A stretch of 64,000 bases of DNA from an uncultured delta proteobacterium (GCA_963802945.1 CAWDKY010000027.1:32001-96000), one strand, 5' to 3'; positions 9,705 to 22,205 are shown, numbered from the stretch's first letter. Program-made: numbers and translations. The notes: a model not told the origin generated them from the sequence alone.

Positions 9705-10922
9705 CTAAATGAATTGAGGTTTGTGTACCACAACACCCGTTTGTGTAATCTCTGCATCGTATAGTTTATAATGCCTTCCAAGAGATCGCATGGCGATTCG
9801 TTTTTCTCTTACGTTTGTTCGGAGGGGGTTATTTTCAAACCAGTTAAAAATCCAACGTCCGGTATCCACAGCTCTATATGCTTTTCCGCTCTCAAAGAAA
9901 GAAATTCGTAATGCGTTATGAACTATTGCGTGGCGAAGATTGCGTGTAGTATTTAATTCCTTTTCGTGTGCCTTTGGCATCTTTCTTCCGCTAAGTTTAA
10001 GGTATTGGCGTAGTCGCCCTGGAAAATCATTTTGGGAGGCCTGTAATTTCTTTTCAACTTCACCAGCAGGGTAGTTTTTCAAAAGCTCTTGTCGAAGGAC
10101 GGACTCCAATTGGGCTTCTATAGCTGTAGTAATCCTTCTAATAGCACCAGAGTAGTCGCCCCGTTCAATAAAGTTCAAAGCGTCCAATAATTCGTATTCT
10201 CCGGCACTAGCATTCGAGTTCATTGCCAGCTGTAATTCGTTTGCATCGATTAATTTATATGTCTCAAACGGACCATTACTATCAACCCGAATTACAGGCT
10301 TTACGTCCCAGGCAGGGTACATAAGTAAATCTACTTTGCTGGGACCAAACTCTTCTGATAGAAGAAACCAAAATGGTACATCCCAGGGATTAACTTCATA
10401 TGCGAAGAAATCATAAGTCGATAGCCTGTAATGCTGTATGATTCGGTTTATTATTTCTATATGAGCTTCACAGAACGACTGGAGATAAAATTGGGCTGGA
10501 CGGGAACGAGCCTTTTCATCGACTGCTCTAAGTACATCTCCGTTGCAAGTCGAATGTACGCGAAAGACGGTTTTGCACTTACGGTCTATAATTGGCAAGT
10601 TACGTTCTTCAATTTGCTTTTTGGTTTCTGTATCTAATTGATTTGGGTCGGGATTAGGAGTGCCAACATAAATCCACCCTGATTGGGAATTACCAACTAG
10701 TCCAGCATACTTCACAATAAAATCATCTCTAATTTCGACATTAAATTTATAATTGTGTACTTCCACTTCTAGAACGCAATTTGGAACCATTATCCAAAAC
10801 GGAACCTCACAAAGCAAAACAACATCAACAGACGATGCTTCCCAATTTAATTCTTGTCCTATCCAATAACTTTTGGGGATATTTGCTTCTTTGGTGGATT
10901 TTGGAGCATCGTTATTCATCAA
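9705..10922 (-). CDS. Hypothetical protein with C-terminal HEPN-like RxxxxH motif
   Basis: Helical C-terminus TAIEAQL...LRHAIVHN; RBS GGAGG. Confidence 0.7.
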   Translation of the reverse strand: MMNNDAPKSTKEANIPKSYWIGQELNWEASSVDVVLLCEVPFWIMVPNCVLEVEVHNYKFNVEIRDDFIVKYAGLVGNSQSGWIYVGTPNPDPNQLDTETKKQIEERNLPIIDRKCKTVFRVHSTCNGDVLRAVDEKARSRPAQFYLQSFCEAHIEIINRIIQHYRLSTYDFFAYEVNPWDVPFWFLLSEEFGPSKVDLLMYPAWDVKPVIRVDSNGPFETYKLIDANELQLAMNSNASAGEYELLDALNFIERGDYSGAIRRITTAIEAQLESVLRQELLKNYPAGEVEKKLQASQNDFPGRLRQYLKLSGRKMPKAHEKELNTTRNLRHAIVHNALRISFFESGKAYRAVDTGRWIFNWFENNPLRTNVREKRIAMRSLGRHYKLYDAEITQTGVVVHKPQFI

Positions 10923-11297
10923 TTACCTCCATTAGGAACATTGAAAGATGGGGTGGACCCAAATAGTTGGACACTCTGAATATGGGAATAAGCACTGAGT
11001 AATGTTTTAGTAAGGGCATCAGGCATCCTGAGTCATTGGAGCAGATAAGCCATACTATATCTCATCCGGGGATAGATGTACAAAGGTTTGATTATGGCGT
11101 TCCTAATTGTAGAGCCGGAGCCATTCTCAAATGGACAATATTGGGGCACCAGAAAAAGGCCCCCCTATTAGCAATCGAAAAACCTAAGAAAATGGTCAAA
11201 AAAATCTTTCTATCCCCCCTAAGACCTCCAAGGGGGTACTTGTCCAGGTTACACTGAGTGGCGTTTTCTACTCAAGGGATTTTTTTCGACTTATAAA

Positions 11298-11679
11298 AGG
11301 CTCAGGCTGTTTGGCTATGGGGCGGCGAACACCGACAGTTCGAGCCTGCCAATAACGAACGTGAAACAGAGAAGCAAGAAAGCGATCAGGTACAGTCGAT
11401 TACGAAGTCGTATAATCCGGCGTTTTGGCCAAATCGTCTTGAGCATATCGATTTTACTAACTTTTCTTGGCAAAGAAGAAGGTTAATGCTCCAGCAATTT
11501 TCAACAATGGGCCTTCCTCCCAGGCGAAAGGCAGGATTATGTATGGTTCCGATTACTACCTACTTATGCTTTTTGCAGACGATCTTGACGGATACCTGAA
11601 GTCGTTCAAAGCTATATTCGCTGAAGATTTCCAATCGATTTCTTTTCCCAACCCCCAGAAATTTCTGTTCAGACGGTGA
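11298..11679 (+). pseudogene. Decayed amidohydrolase-family remnant
   Basis: C-terminal GRIMYGSDYYL...FQSISFPNPQKFLF; upstream LRLCLAHxGG-like trace only across frameshifts. Confidence 0.4.
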
Positions 11680-11692
11680 AAAAATGGGGTGC

Positions 11693-11853
11693 CTAACTTT
11701 TCCCTTGGATCAATTCATCCACCATCCGTCCCACCTGAACGGCCAAGCCCTGTTCTTTTTCAAAAGAGGCCTTGCCTTCCAGGTCGGCCTCAATGATCTG
11801 GTTGTCGTAGTGGTTTTGGCCACCCCTCCTTTTCCGCTGACGGCGATTTTTAT
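11693..11853 (-). pseudogene. cooC: Internally deleted CooC-type ATPase remnant
   Basis: (ATA)KIAVSGKGGVAKTT joined out of frame to YDNQIIEADLEGK...VDELIQGKS*. Confidence 0.7.
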
Positions 11854-11880
11854 CCATCCTCTTTTCTGATCGAGATTAGC

Positions 11881-13249
11881 CTAACGTTGTCGAGTCTTTC
11901 TCCAGCCTTTCTCCTCGTACATCCTTTTGTCCGCTTCGGCAATTAAGTCTTCGATCGAGGCCGGATGTTCCGGATCATAACGCACCACTCCCATAGAGAG
12001 GATGAGGGTATAACGCCGTTTTTCTCGGGCATTAAAGATTCCAAGATTGCGGTTTAAACGGATTCTCAAATTTTCGGCACTGGATTCAGAGGCCCCTTCA
12101 ATGGCCAGGACGACAAACTCATCCCCCCCGATTCGGGCAATGATATCCGGATCACGATAGGTCTCTTTGATGACGCTGGCCATAGCGATTAAAGCCCGGT
12201 CACCTTCCTGGTGGCCGTAAGTATCATTAATGTCCTTCAGTTCGTCCAGATCAGTGAAAAGCAGAAACATACCCCGCTTCAACCTGTTGGCCATCTTCAA
12301 TTCCTGTTCGGCCAAGGTCATGAATCCCCGGCGGTTATAGAGGCCGGTCAGATCGTCCACCAGGCTCAAGGTCAGCAGTCGTTCCTCCCCTCGTTTTTGC
12401 TGGGTTATGTCTCGAAAAGTCCAAACCCGTCCGATACTTTTTCCCTCAATTCGTTGGGGCTTTGAATAACGTTCAATAATTCTTCCATCTTTAAACTCCA
12501 GAGTGTCAAAACCTTCATCATCTGGGTGGGCATACAAGTCAGTAACTTTTTTTATGAATTCATCAGGATCTTTGAGTTGGTTAAGGGCATAGGCGATGGC
12601 CTGGTTATCGTCTCTGGTTTTTAATATCGAGTCGGGTGTTCCCCATAGTTCGACGAATTTTTGATTATATCGGGTGATCTTTCCCTGTCCATCGACAACC
12701 AGGATCCCGTCGGTGGTCGATTCAATCGTGGCTTCAAGAAGAGAAACCGTATTTTTGAGTTCCTCTTCCGTTCGACTCCGCTCGGTCATGTCGTGGGTTA
12801 TACCTCTGAATCCTATGGGTTGTCCCGTTTCATCTTTGATCAGAGCAATGGAGGATTCTACCTCTCTTTGGGAGCCGTCTTTTCAGAGAATTGTCCTAGG
12901 CATGGATTTAGACGGCATTCCCGTCCGAAAAACCGTATTGAAAGATTTGATAGGTTCTTTTGGGATCTTTAACAATCCCTTTATAATTTTTTCCTATTAA
13001 CGCTTCTTTGGGCAACCCAAGTAGTTTAGCATAGGCTTCATTACAAAAGAGATATTTCCCGGTCAAATCCACCTCAAAAAAGCCGTCCTCGATATTCTCC
13101 AGGATGTCCCGGGCCTTTTCCTCTGAATCTTTAAGTGACGTCTCTGCCTGCTTGCGGCGGTCTTCCAGGGCCTCCAATTCAGCCACCCGTCGCCGAAGGG
13201 TTTCTAATTCCTTGAGTAAATCCTCTTTGGATTTTTGGTCGCTGGCCAT
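11881..13249 (-). CDS. PAS-PAS-GGDEF diguanylate cyclase; first PAS disrupted, 11881-12789 intact
   Basis: DDLTGLYNRR, RDPD I-site, RIGGDEF; extra T near 12942 and in-frame TGA at 12883-12885. Confidence 0.88.
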
Positions 13250-13365
13250 GGAACCATTCCCCTTTTTTTAAGAATAAACTCCATAAAATGTTCTAAATTT
13301 AGCAGAATCAAACAGAATGTCCAATTATTTTTTTAGATTAATTTTAAGCAGGAAGTATTTTTTTC

Positions 13366-13404
13366 TTGACAAATTATTCGTATCGCTATACTTACCGGTA
13401 GGTA
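13366..13404 (+). promoter_or_regulatory. Sigma70 promoter with overlapping TetR-type operator
   Basis: TTGACA at 13366; near-palindrome TACTTACCGGTAGGTA at 13389-13404. Confidence 0.65.
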
Positions 13405-13450
13405 TGTTCGATACAAGTAAGACTGGTTGGCTTGAGAAAGGGGAAAGGGC

Positions 13451-14090
13451 ATGTCTGAGAACAAAACCCAGGCGGAATTCATAACCGATCGGACGGTACG
13501 TCAGCGCCTTTTGGCCGGTGCCGCCGAATTGTTCGCCCGCAAAGGATATGACGCCACCACGGTCCGGGAAATCGTTCAGGCCGCCGGGGTGACCAAACCG
13601 GCCCTCTATTATTATTTTCAGAACAAAGAGGGGATTTATCTGGAGTTGATGAGGGAGGCCAAGGCACGTTTTGAGGCCCTTCTCGACAGTAGTCCGAAAA
13701 GAAATCGGGGCGGTCAGAGATAGAGTTTTATCTATTTCAGAGCAAATTTTTCAGCTTTTTTTGGACCAGATCGAAATAGCCCGGTTAGGATTATCCATTC
13801 ATTATGGCCCGGCCCAGGGGGCCCCTTTTATCGATTTTAATGCCTTTAACCTCAAGTTCCAGGCATTGATCGAAAGATTGATCAGGGAAGGGATACGGAA
13901 AGGGGAGTTTCGAAAAGGTAATGTGATGGATATGACCTGGGCCGTTCTTGGAGCCATTAATGTGGCCATAGAATCCCAGCTCTGGCACCCTGAAAAGTCG
14001 CCGGGCCGTAAGGGATTGGTCAGGGTTCTGAAAATGATTTTTGAAGGGCTTTCCAATCGAGGGAGCCAAGAGAAAGGGGAATTAACATGA
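13451..14090 (+). CDS. TetR/AcrR regulator (frameshift near 13694)
   Basis: LFARKGYDATTVREIVQAAGVTKPALYYYF; C-terminus continues in another frame. Confidence 0.9.
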
Positions 14091-15254
14091 AACGGGGACT
14101 ACTCATCGGGGCCGTCTTGACAGCCCTGTGGTTCATATTTTGGGGGTGTTCAAAAGGGAAGGAAGATGCCAAGTCCATTGAAAAAGCCGGGGCGCGCCCT
14201 CCGGTGGCCGTAGAGGCGGTCCAGGTTCAGGCTAGGGACCTCATTGAAGGGATTGAGGTGGTGGGATCTTTAACCCCCAGATTCGAGGCCAAGCTCAAAT
14301 CCGAATATTCCGGGATTGTTACCGAGGTCTATGTGACCGAATGGGTGCGGGTGAAAAAAGGGACTCCTCTGGCCAAGCTGGACACTCGCGAGATTGAGGC
14401 CATTGTTCAAAAGGCCCAGGCCGCCGTGGAAGTCGGAAAGGCCAATCTCCTGCAGGCCGAAGTCGGCGGTAATCGGGCCGAGAGGGAGTTGACCCGGGCC
14501 CAAAACCTTAAAGAAGCCGGACTGATCACCCAGCAGAATCTGGATGATGTCCGGACGGAAAAAGCGGCCTCCGCGGCCCGTATTGCCGCTGCCCAGGCCC
14601 AGGCCCTGGCCGCAGAAAAGGACCTTCGCCAGGCCCAGACCCGGCTGGCCAAGGCGGTCATTCGTTCCCCTTTGGACGGGGTGGTGGCCTCAAAAAATAT
14701 CAACATCGGAGACCTGGTGGGAGAACCCGGAACAACGCGCATTCTATTTCAGATTAACGACAATCGTCTTCTGGACCTGACCGCTACCGTTCCCTCCATA
14801 GATATGGGCCGGCTGAAAATAGGTCAGCCCCTGACCTTTACAGCCGATGCCTTTCCCGGGAAGACCCTTCTCCGGAAAGATCAAATTCATCAACCCCGTT
14901 GTCAATGAGGCCGATCGGTCGGTCAAGGTCATTGCCGAGATTCCGAACAGCCCGGAAATCCTGAAGGCCGGACTTTTTGTCAAAGGCCGGATCATCACCG
15001 GACAGCGCCAGGGAGTACCTCAAATCCCCAGGTCAGCCTTGCTCTCCTGGGATGTCGGGGCCAAGAAAGGGGAAGTTTTTGTTGTCCAAAAGGACTTAGC
15101 TTTGCGCAAAACCATCCAGACCGGAAGTGTTTCCGAGGATTGGGTGGAGGTGGTTTCCGGACTACAGACCGGGGAATCGGTCATAACCCGGGGAGGATTC
15201 AATGTCAAGAACGGCGATCCGGTCAAAATCACCCAGTTAAACGGAGAGAAGTAA
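14087..15254 (+). CDS. RND periplasmic adaptor subunit (frameshift near 14866)
   Basis: Lipoprotein signal, VKKGTPLAKLD, IRSPLDGVV, VEVVSGL. Confidence 0.9.
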
Positions 15255-15257
15255 GTC

Positions 15258-18200
15258 ATGTTCCTTTCCAATTTATCCATCAAACGACCTATATTCGCCA
15301 CGATGATGATGCTGGCCCTGGTCATTCTGGGGATCTTTTCCTACCGCAAACTGGCCATCGATCTGATGCCGGATATTGAAATCCCGATCCTTTCCATTGT
15401 CACCGTATTTCCCGGGGCCTCTCCGGAGACAGTGGAACGGGAAGTGACCAAACGGATTGAAGAGGAGGTCAACCGCATCCCCGGGGCCAAACACGTCACC
15501 TCCGTTTCCCGGGAAAGCGTCTCCCAAGTGGTGGTCGAGTTTCAACTGGAGGTCAAGATCAATGAGGCCTCTCAGGATGCCCGGGCCAAGATCAACACCA
15601 TCCGCAAGGAACTCCCCCAGGATATAGAAGAACCGATTATCCAAAAAATGGATATCGCCTCCCTGCCGGTCGATCTCCCTGGCCGTGCGGTCGGAAAAAC
15701 TTTCTCCCAGAGAGCTGACCACCCTGGTGGAAAAAAAGATCAAACGACCGTTTCGAAAACATCTCCGGCGTCGGCAAGGTAGATCTGGTCGGTACCTCTA
15801 AACGGGAAGTCAACGTCTGGATCGATCCCATCCGCCTCCAGGCCTTGAACATGGGGGTGGACGAGGTCATAGGCGGACTGCAATCGGAAAATGTCAATGT
15901 CCCCTTGGGCAGGCTGAACCGCGACAGTTCCGAATTCACTTTACGGATATCCGGAAAACCGGCGGCCGTGGAACAATTCAAATCCATGGTCATCGGCCAG
16001 AGGGACGGCCGTCCGATTCTATTAAGCGAGGTAGCCGATGTCCGGGACGGCATAGAAGAACAACGCTCCTTGGCCATGATCAACGGCATACCGGCCGTGT
16101 CTCTCGACATCCTCAAACAAACCAAGACCAATACGGTCGAGGTGGCGGACAAGATCAAAAAAACCATCGATCAAGTGCAAAAGGATCTCCCCCCCGGCAC
16201 GATCATCGAAATCGTCCAGGACTCCTCGACCTATATTCGGGATTCGGTCCGTGACGTGAATCAAACCATCCTACTGGGCGGAATTTTAACCATCCTGATC
16301 GTTTTCTGCTTCTTAAATTCCTGGCGTTCCACGGTGATCACCGGTCTGACCCTGCCGATCTCAGTTATTTCGTCCTTCATCATCATGAACTTTTTGGGCA
16401 TGACCATCAATATCATGACCATGATGGCCCTGTCTTTAGCCATCGGTTTATTGATCGACGATGCCATTGTCGTTCGGGAAAATATCGTCCGACATTTGGA
16501 ACGGGGAGAGGATCATATCACCGCCGCTCAGGAAGGGACCAGCGAGATCGGGCTGGCCGTATTGGCCACTTCTCTATCTATCATCGCTGTCTTTGTTCCG
16601 GTGGCCTTTATGAAAGGGATCGCCGGGCGTTTCTTTTTCCAATTCGGGATGACCGTGGCCTTCGCGGTCATGGTTTCCCTCTTTGTCTCTTTCACCCTCG
16701 ACCCAATGCTCTCCTCCCGCTGGATCGATCCGGATATCCGCCGCCTGGGGAAACGGAATTTTTTATATCGAATGCTGGATCACTTCAATCACGGGTTTGA
16801 AAGGGTGGCCGATAACTATCGGTTGATCATCGCTTGGGCCTTGGATCGACGCAAGTTGATGATGGTAATTACCGTTTTGGCCTTTATTGGAGGGCTGGCC
16901 ATTTTTTTAAGCCTGCCGGGCTCTTTTTTCCCTTCCTCAGATGCCGGTGAATTCCGATTGGACTTCCAACCCGCACCGGGGGCCTCCATTGAGGAAAGCC
17001 GGGGAAGGGTAGCCGTCGTCTTATCAGCCTTGAAGCAACTTCCTGAGATCAAGCATACCTACACGACCATCGGGGCCGGAGATACCGGAACGGTCAGGGA
17101 TGTGCACATCTACATCAAATTAAAAGACCGCAGCCAGCGGTCCAGGAGCCAGACTGAGATTCAGGAAGACATCCGGCGCCGCTGTATGAGTATCCCAGGA
17201 ATTATACCGTCGATAACGGAGGCCCATGGGATGGGCGACCGCAAACCCTTGATCGTCAATATCCGCGGAGACAATATCGACCTGCTGAAAAAATATGCCG
17301 CCCAATTAAAGGAGAAGATTCGTTCCATCAAGGGAATCGTGGATTTGGAGGTTACCCTGGAGCATGACATCCCCGAATACCGACTGACCGTCGATCGGGA
17401 GAGGGCTGTGGACAGCGGTCTGATGACCGCCAATATTGTGCGCACCGTCGGTGCCCTGGTGGGAGGCAAGGCCGTGTCCACTTATGAAGATGAGGATGGG
17501 GATGCCGTTAACCTGCGGGTGCGGCTCCCCCAGGACCTTCGACAAGAGCCGGAACAGGTTAACCAGATACGTCTTACTGTTGCGAAGTTTGGTCAGCCTC
17601 CGGCCCTGGTCCCCCTGGGAAATCTGGTTTCCTTTCAAAGGAGTTCGACCCCATCGGAGATCACCCGACAGGACCTCAGCCGGCAGGTGGCCCTCTCAGC
17701 CAATCTGGACAACCTGCCTATCGGAACGGCCATGAGCAAGATCAAGGAGGCCATGAAAGATATTAAAATGGCCCCAGGCTATCAAGTGGTCTTCTCCGGT
17801 GAGGGAGAGACCATGGTGGAAACCTTCGGCTATATGGCCGAGGCCTTGATCCTGGCTATCCTGATGGTCTACCTCATTCTGGCCTCCCAGTTCGAGTCCT
17901 TTATTGACCCTCTGGCCATTATGCTCTCCCTGCCCCTTTCCCTGGTGGGCATGGCCGGGATGCTTTTTCTAACCGGCGATACGATCAATATGATGTCTCT
18001 GATCGGCTTGATCATGCTGATGGGTCTGGTGACCAAGAATGCCATCCTGCTGGTGGATTATACCAAGGTCCTTCGTTCCCGGGGCCTGGAGCGAAAAGAA
18101 GCCATTATCCTCGCCGGCCGGACCAGGCTCAGGCCCATCCTGATGACTACCCTGGCCATGATCTTTGGTATGCTGCCTCTGGCCCTGGCCTTGGGCGCCG

Positions 18201-18362
18201 GTGCAGAGAGTGCGGGCCCCCATGGCCAGGGCCGTGATCGGAGGGCTGATTACCTCAACCTTCCTGACCCTGCTGGTGGTGCCGGTGGTCTATTCCCTGC
18301 TCGATGATTTCAGCGGGTGGGTCAGGCGAAAGAGAGAAAAGAAAAAGGAGGCCCTTTCATGA
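15258..18362 (+). CDS. RND efflux permease (frameshifts near 15670, 15748, 18210)
   Basis: [44 protein letters not shown] across frames. Confidence 0.92.
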
Positions 18363-19759
18363 ACATGAATAGGAGTATTTTGAAGACTAATATTTTTCTC
18401 TTAACTGTTGTTATCATGGCCTTGGGGACCAATGTCTTGGCCCAGTCTTCCGAGGTAAAAAAAGAAGTGATGGTTTTAACCTTGGACCGGGCCTTGCAAA
18501 TAGCTATGGAAAAAAACAAGGATATTCAGAAGGCCCGGGAATATCGAAACCAGGTGGAGGGGCGTTATGTGGAAGAACGGGCCGCGGCCCTGCCCCGATT
18601 TTCAATCACGGCCAGTATGTCCCGCGCCCGGGACGAAAGCATGAAAGCCTTTGGCGGTCTATATCCGTTAGAACAGGAAATCCTCTCGGCCGGCATAGGT
18701 GTTTCTCAAGTCCTCTATTCCTTTGGTCAGGTGAGTGCCGCCATTCGGGCAGCCAAAGTCGGCCTTAAAACCGCTGATGATCAATTGCTGCTCTATCAAC
18801 AGGCGGTCTTAAAGGATGTCTCCTCAGCCTTTTACGACGCCCTGCTTTCCAAGGAGTTAAATGCCCTGGCCCGTCAGAACCTGGAACAAAGGATGCGCCA
18901 TCAGGAAGAGGCCCGCAAAAAATTTGCCGCCGGTACGGCTACCGATTATGATGTCTTAGCGGCTGGAGTGGCTGTGGAAAATGCCCGGCCGGATGTGATT
19001 CGAACCGAAAATCTTATTACTATCACCAGGGATAGGTTGCGTTTTCTTTTGGGATTGGAAAATCAGGAGGTCGATGTCCAGGGCACCCTTTTGCCGACCA
19101 TCAGCACCTATCCCTCTTATGAGGAGAGTATTGCCCTGGCCTGGAATAACCGGCCGGAATTGGCCGGCTATAAACATCGAATCGGGATGGCTGAAGAACT
19201 TTTGACTGTTTACAAGGCCGGCAACAAACCCCGTCTGGATTTAAAAGCCGGGTATGCTTGGAATAGTATGGATTTACCAGGTTGGTCAGCCGGTCCTCTT
19301 CTGGGTGTACAGTCGGGCATGTTCAGCGGGCCGGCTTGGACAGCCGGGGTTTATCTGACTTTTCCTTTTTTTGACGGTCTGCGCACTCAAGGAAAGGTCG
19401 CCCAGGCCAAGAGCGATCTGGCCACCTTAAAAATAGAAGAGGCCAAGCTGATTGACTCCATTGTCTTACAAACCCGTGAAGCGGTCAATGCGGTTTGGGA
19501 ATCGGGAGAAATCGTCAAAGGCCTGGCCGGCACGGTGTCCCAGGCCCAACGGCTTCTGTCTATGGCTGAAAAGGGATATGAGTTCGGGGTCAAGACCAAG
19601 CTGGATGTGGACGACGCCCAGTTGAACCTCATGATGGCCCAAAGCAACCTGGCCAAGGCCCGAAGGGATCATCTGGCGGCCCAGACGAATTTGCAGTGGG
19701 CTATGGGTACTATCCAGGCCCCGGTGATCTCTCCACCCGCTCAATCCAAGATGCCTTAG
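18359..19759 (+). CDS. TolC family outer membrane efflux protein
   Basis: Signal peptide, [19 protein letters not shown]-x-KTKLDV; ATG overlaps the RND stop. Confidence 0.9.
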   Translation: MNMNRSILKTNIFLLTVVIMALGTNVLAQSSEVKKEVMVLTLDRALQIAMEKNKDIQKAREYRNQVEGRYVEERAAALPRFSITASMSRARDESMKAFGGLYPLEQEILSAGIGVSQVLYSFGQVSAAIRAAKVGLKTADDQLLLYQQAVLKDVSSAFYDALLSKELNALARQNLEQRMRHQEEARKKFAAGTATDYDVLAAGVAVENARPDVIRTENLITITRDRLRFLLGLENQEVDVQGTLLPTISTYPSYEESIALAWNNRPELAGYKHRIGMAEELLTVYKAGNKPRLDLKAGYAWNSMDLPGWSAGPLLGVQSGMFSGPAWTAGVYLTFPFFDGLRTQGKVAQAKSDLATLKIEEAKLIDSIVLQTREAVNAVWESGEIVKGLAGTVSQAQRLLSMAEKGYEFGVKTKLDVDDAQLNLMMAQSNLAKARRDHLAAQTNLQWAMGTIQAPVISPPAQSKMP

Positions 19760-19779
19760 GCCAAAGGCGAGAGAAACCA

Positions 19780-20163
19780 ATGGTCATAAGTCCTGAAAAA
19801 CAACAGGCCTTAAAAGAAGCCCTTTTTAAATTGGGCATCCGGGAAGAAGATGTGATCGAGCGGTTTATACGATCCCAAGGGGCGGGCGGACAAAAGGTCA
19901 ATAAAACTTCCAGCGCCGTTTATCTGAAGCATCTGCCTACTGGTCTCGAGGTCAAGATGCAAAAGGAGCGATCCCAGGCCTTAAACCGCTTCTTGGCCTG
20001 GCGTCTTTTGGCCGAGAAAGTGGAAGAACTTCAAGGCGGGAAATCCCTTCAGCAGCAGAAGGCCGAAAAGATACGCAAGCAAAAGAACCGCCGCTTGAGA
20101 AGGGCCAAATCAGAGGCCGGATCCCGGACAGCCGATCCGGAAGGCCGGATGTCCAAGACATAA
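19780..20163 (+). CDS. Small GGQ peptide-release-factor-like protein
   Basis: GAGGQKVNKTSSAV, RSQALNR, basic C-terminal tail. Confidence 0.88.
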   Translation: MVISPEKQQALKEALFKLGIREEDVIERFIRSQGAGGQKVNKTSSAVYLKHLPTGLEVKMQKERSQALNRFLAWRLLAEKVEELQGGKSLQQQKAEKIRKQKNRRLRRAKSEAGSRTADPEGRMSKT

Positions 20164-20485
20164 CGTCGGATAAAAAATAATTGAAGTTCCCCATTCCAGG
20201 GCACAGTCTCTTTACAGACTTCCAGGCAAGACAAAATCTTTATTGTTGAGGTTCGCTCGCTAATCTCATCAAAGGCGGGACTTTCACGCGGCTGGGGTAT
20301 TGAATGATCCTCTTGCCGTCCCACAAAATATTCACCATCTTGCATCTTGAATACTGCATCCAGCATCCCCACTTTTATTCTTGACACGGAAACATCTAAT
20401 TGATTATAGCTTTAAACTGACCCTTTAGGGGAAGTCCAATGAGAGAGCAATAATTAGTTACTAACAAATAGAAAGGAAAAGTTTT

Positions 20486-21793
20486 ATGAAATTGAGAAAT
20501 GCGGTTATTGTTGATGGTGTGCGATCCCCGTTTTCCTGGGGAGGCCGGGGGATGTATGAGGCCACCCGCTTGGACGAAGTGGCGGCCAAGGTCGTTCGCA
20601 CCTTGATGGAAAGAAATCCCAAAGTGAAACCGACCATGATCGAAGATTTCGGCATCGGCAATGCCGGAGGGACTTCGGATCTGGTCTTCCTGGGTGGCAT
20701 TTCCCGGTTGGCCGGATTGCCGGCGGAAACGACCAACTTTTCTTCCAACAGGCAGTGCGGCTCTTCCATGGAGACCATGCAGCGTATTGCCATGGCCATC
20801 ATGGTCGGCGCTACGGATTGCGGCATCTCCCTGGGGGTGGAACGGATGGGACGCACCCTGATGGGGGGTATGGCCGATGGACCGCCGCCTACCCGGGTGA
20901 CTGGATTGAACCCAAAAATTTTTGAGAAATCCAAACTCCAGCGGGATATGGCCGAAGATCACTCTAAATATTTCTCCGTGCCGATCCCGGATGAAATTCT
21001 GGATGCCCCTCCCTTACAACCCATGACTCAAACCGCCCAGAATGTGGTGGATATGTATAATATGACCCGGGAAGAGCTTGACGCCTACACGGTACGCAGC
21101 CATAAAAAACTGGCGGCAGCCTATGCCAAGGGGGTTTATAAAGATGAGGTGATCCCCATGGAGGTGGAGAAACCGGTTTTCAACGATAAAAAAGAATGGG
21201 TTCCTGAGGAAAAAGGCCCAATGGTCCTCTTTGATCAGGACGAGTGTCTCCGGCCGGGTTGTAATATGGAGGACCTGGGAAAGATGAATCCGGTGAAAGG
21301 GATTATCAGTTTCTGTAACAAACCGATTCACATTACCGCTGGCAATTCCTGCCCGACCAACAGCGGGGCTTCGGCCCTTTTGATCATGGCTGAAGATATG
21401 GCTATCAAACTGGGTATTACCCCCTTGGCCCGCATCGTGGGCATCGGTGTCGGAGGCGTGAAAGGCCAGCTCATGGGCATAGGCCCGATTCCGGCCACGC
21501 ATCGGGCCATGAAACATGCCGGGATCACGGCCGATCAGATCGACCGGGTGGAATTTAACGAAGCCTTTGCCTGCCAGGTTATCGTCTCGATCAAAGAGCT
21601 TGGCATTCCGGAAGAAAAGGTCAACGTGAACGGCGGGGCCCTGGGGATCGGTCACCCCTTAGGGGCAACCGGCGCGCGGCTGGTCATGACCGTGGCCAAG
21701 GAACTGCGCCGCAGCGGCAAACGCTATGGTCTGGCCACCCAGTGCATCGGGGCCGGCGAGGGCATCAGTACCATTTTAGAAGCTATGAATTAA
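20486..21793 (+). CDS. Thiolase family protein
   Basis: NRQCGSS, NEAF, GHPLGATG, CIGAG. Confidence 0.95.
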   Translation: MKLRNAVIVDGVRSPFSWGGRGMYEATRLDEVAAKVVRTLMERNPKVKPTMIEDFGIGNAGGTSDLVFLGGISRLAGLPAETTNFSSNRQCGSSMETMQRIAMAIMVGATDCGISLGVERMGRTLMGGMADGPPPTRVTGLNPKIFEKSKLQRDMAEDHSKYFSVPIPDEILDAPPLQPMTQTAQNVVDMYNMTREELDAYTVRSHKKLAAAYAKGVYKDEVIPMEVEKPVFNDKKEWVPEEKGPMVLFDQDECLRPGCNMEDLGKMNPVKGIISFCNKPIHITAGNSCPTNSGASALLIMAEDMAIKLGITPLARIVGIGVGGVKGQLMGIGPIPATHRAMKHAGITADQIDRVEFNEAFACQVIVSIKELGIPEEKVNVNGGALGIGHPLGATGARLVMTVAKELRRSGKRYGLATQCIGAGEGISTILEAMN

Positions 21794-21805
21794 AATCATT
21801 GCTAT

Positions 21806-21835
21806 CTGCAGGGAGGATGGCCATCCTCCCTGCAG
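21806..21835. terminator. Perfect 30-bp palindrome after the thiolase
   Basis: CTGCAGGGAGGATGGCCATCCTCCCTGCAG; no U-tract on +. Confidence 0.5.
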
Positions 21836-22175
21836 CCGAAAAAGAAGACCCGGGCAAACCTGATCTTCGGGATAACTTTTTACTTTAAATCTTTAAATAA
21901 AGCTTAATTCTCTATAATATTTTCAGTTACCTTCCTTTTGCTAATGGAGTAAAGTTTTTTTCGACCTTGCCTTCAAGTCAGAATACTAATATTATCACCA
22001 TCAATTTAGTCCAAATAACCCTGATTCCAAGGATAACGGTTTAATTCGAAAATAGGGTTTGAGGTTTAAAATTGGCCCAGTCCTATTTTTATGTACCGAC
22101 TTCCGACTGGAAGTCTCCTTTTTAGGTCGACACACGGCATCCAGCCGATCGGTCCGAGCGGCCCGACCTTATCAA

Positions 22176-22205
22176 GGTGCCCGCCCCTGGCGGGGCATGG
22201 TGGTT
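22176..22205. repeat. Short dispersed hairpin repeat (second copy 54033-54064)
   Basis: GGTGCCCGCCCCTGGCGGGGCATGGTGGTT versus GGTGCCCCGCCCCTGGCAGGAGTAGGACGGTT. Confidence 0.5.

Noticed and set aside
12883-12885. In-frame TGA as selenocysteine
   Set aside because: The position corresponds to Arg in a PAS motif, not Cys; no SECIS recognised
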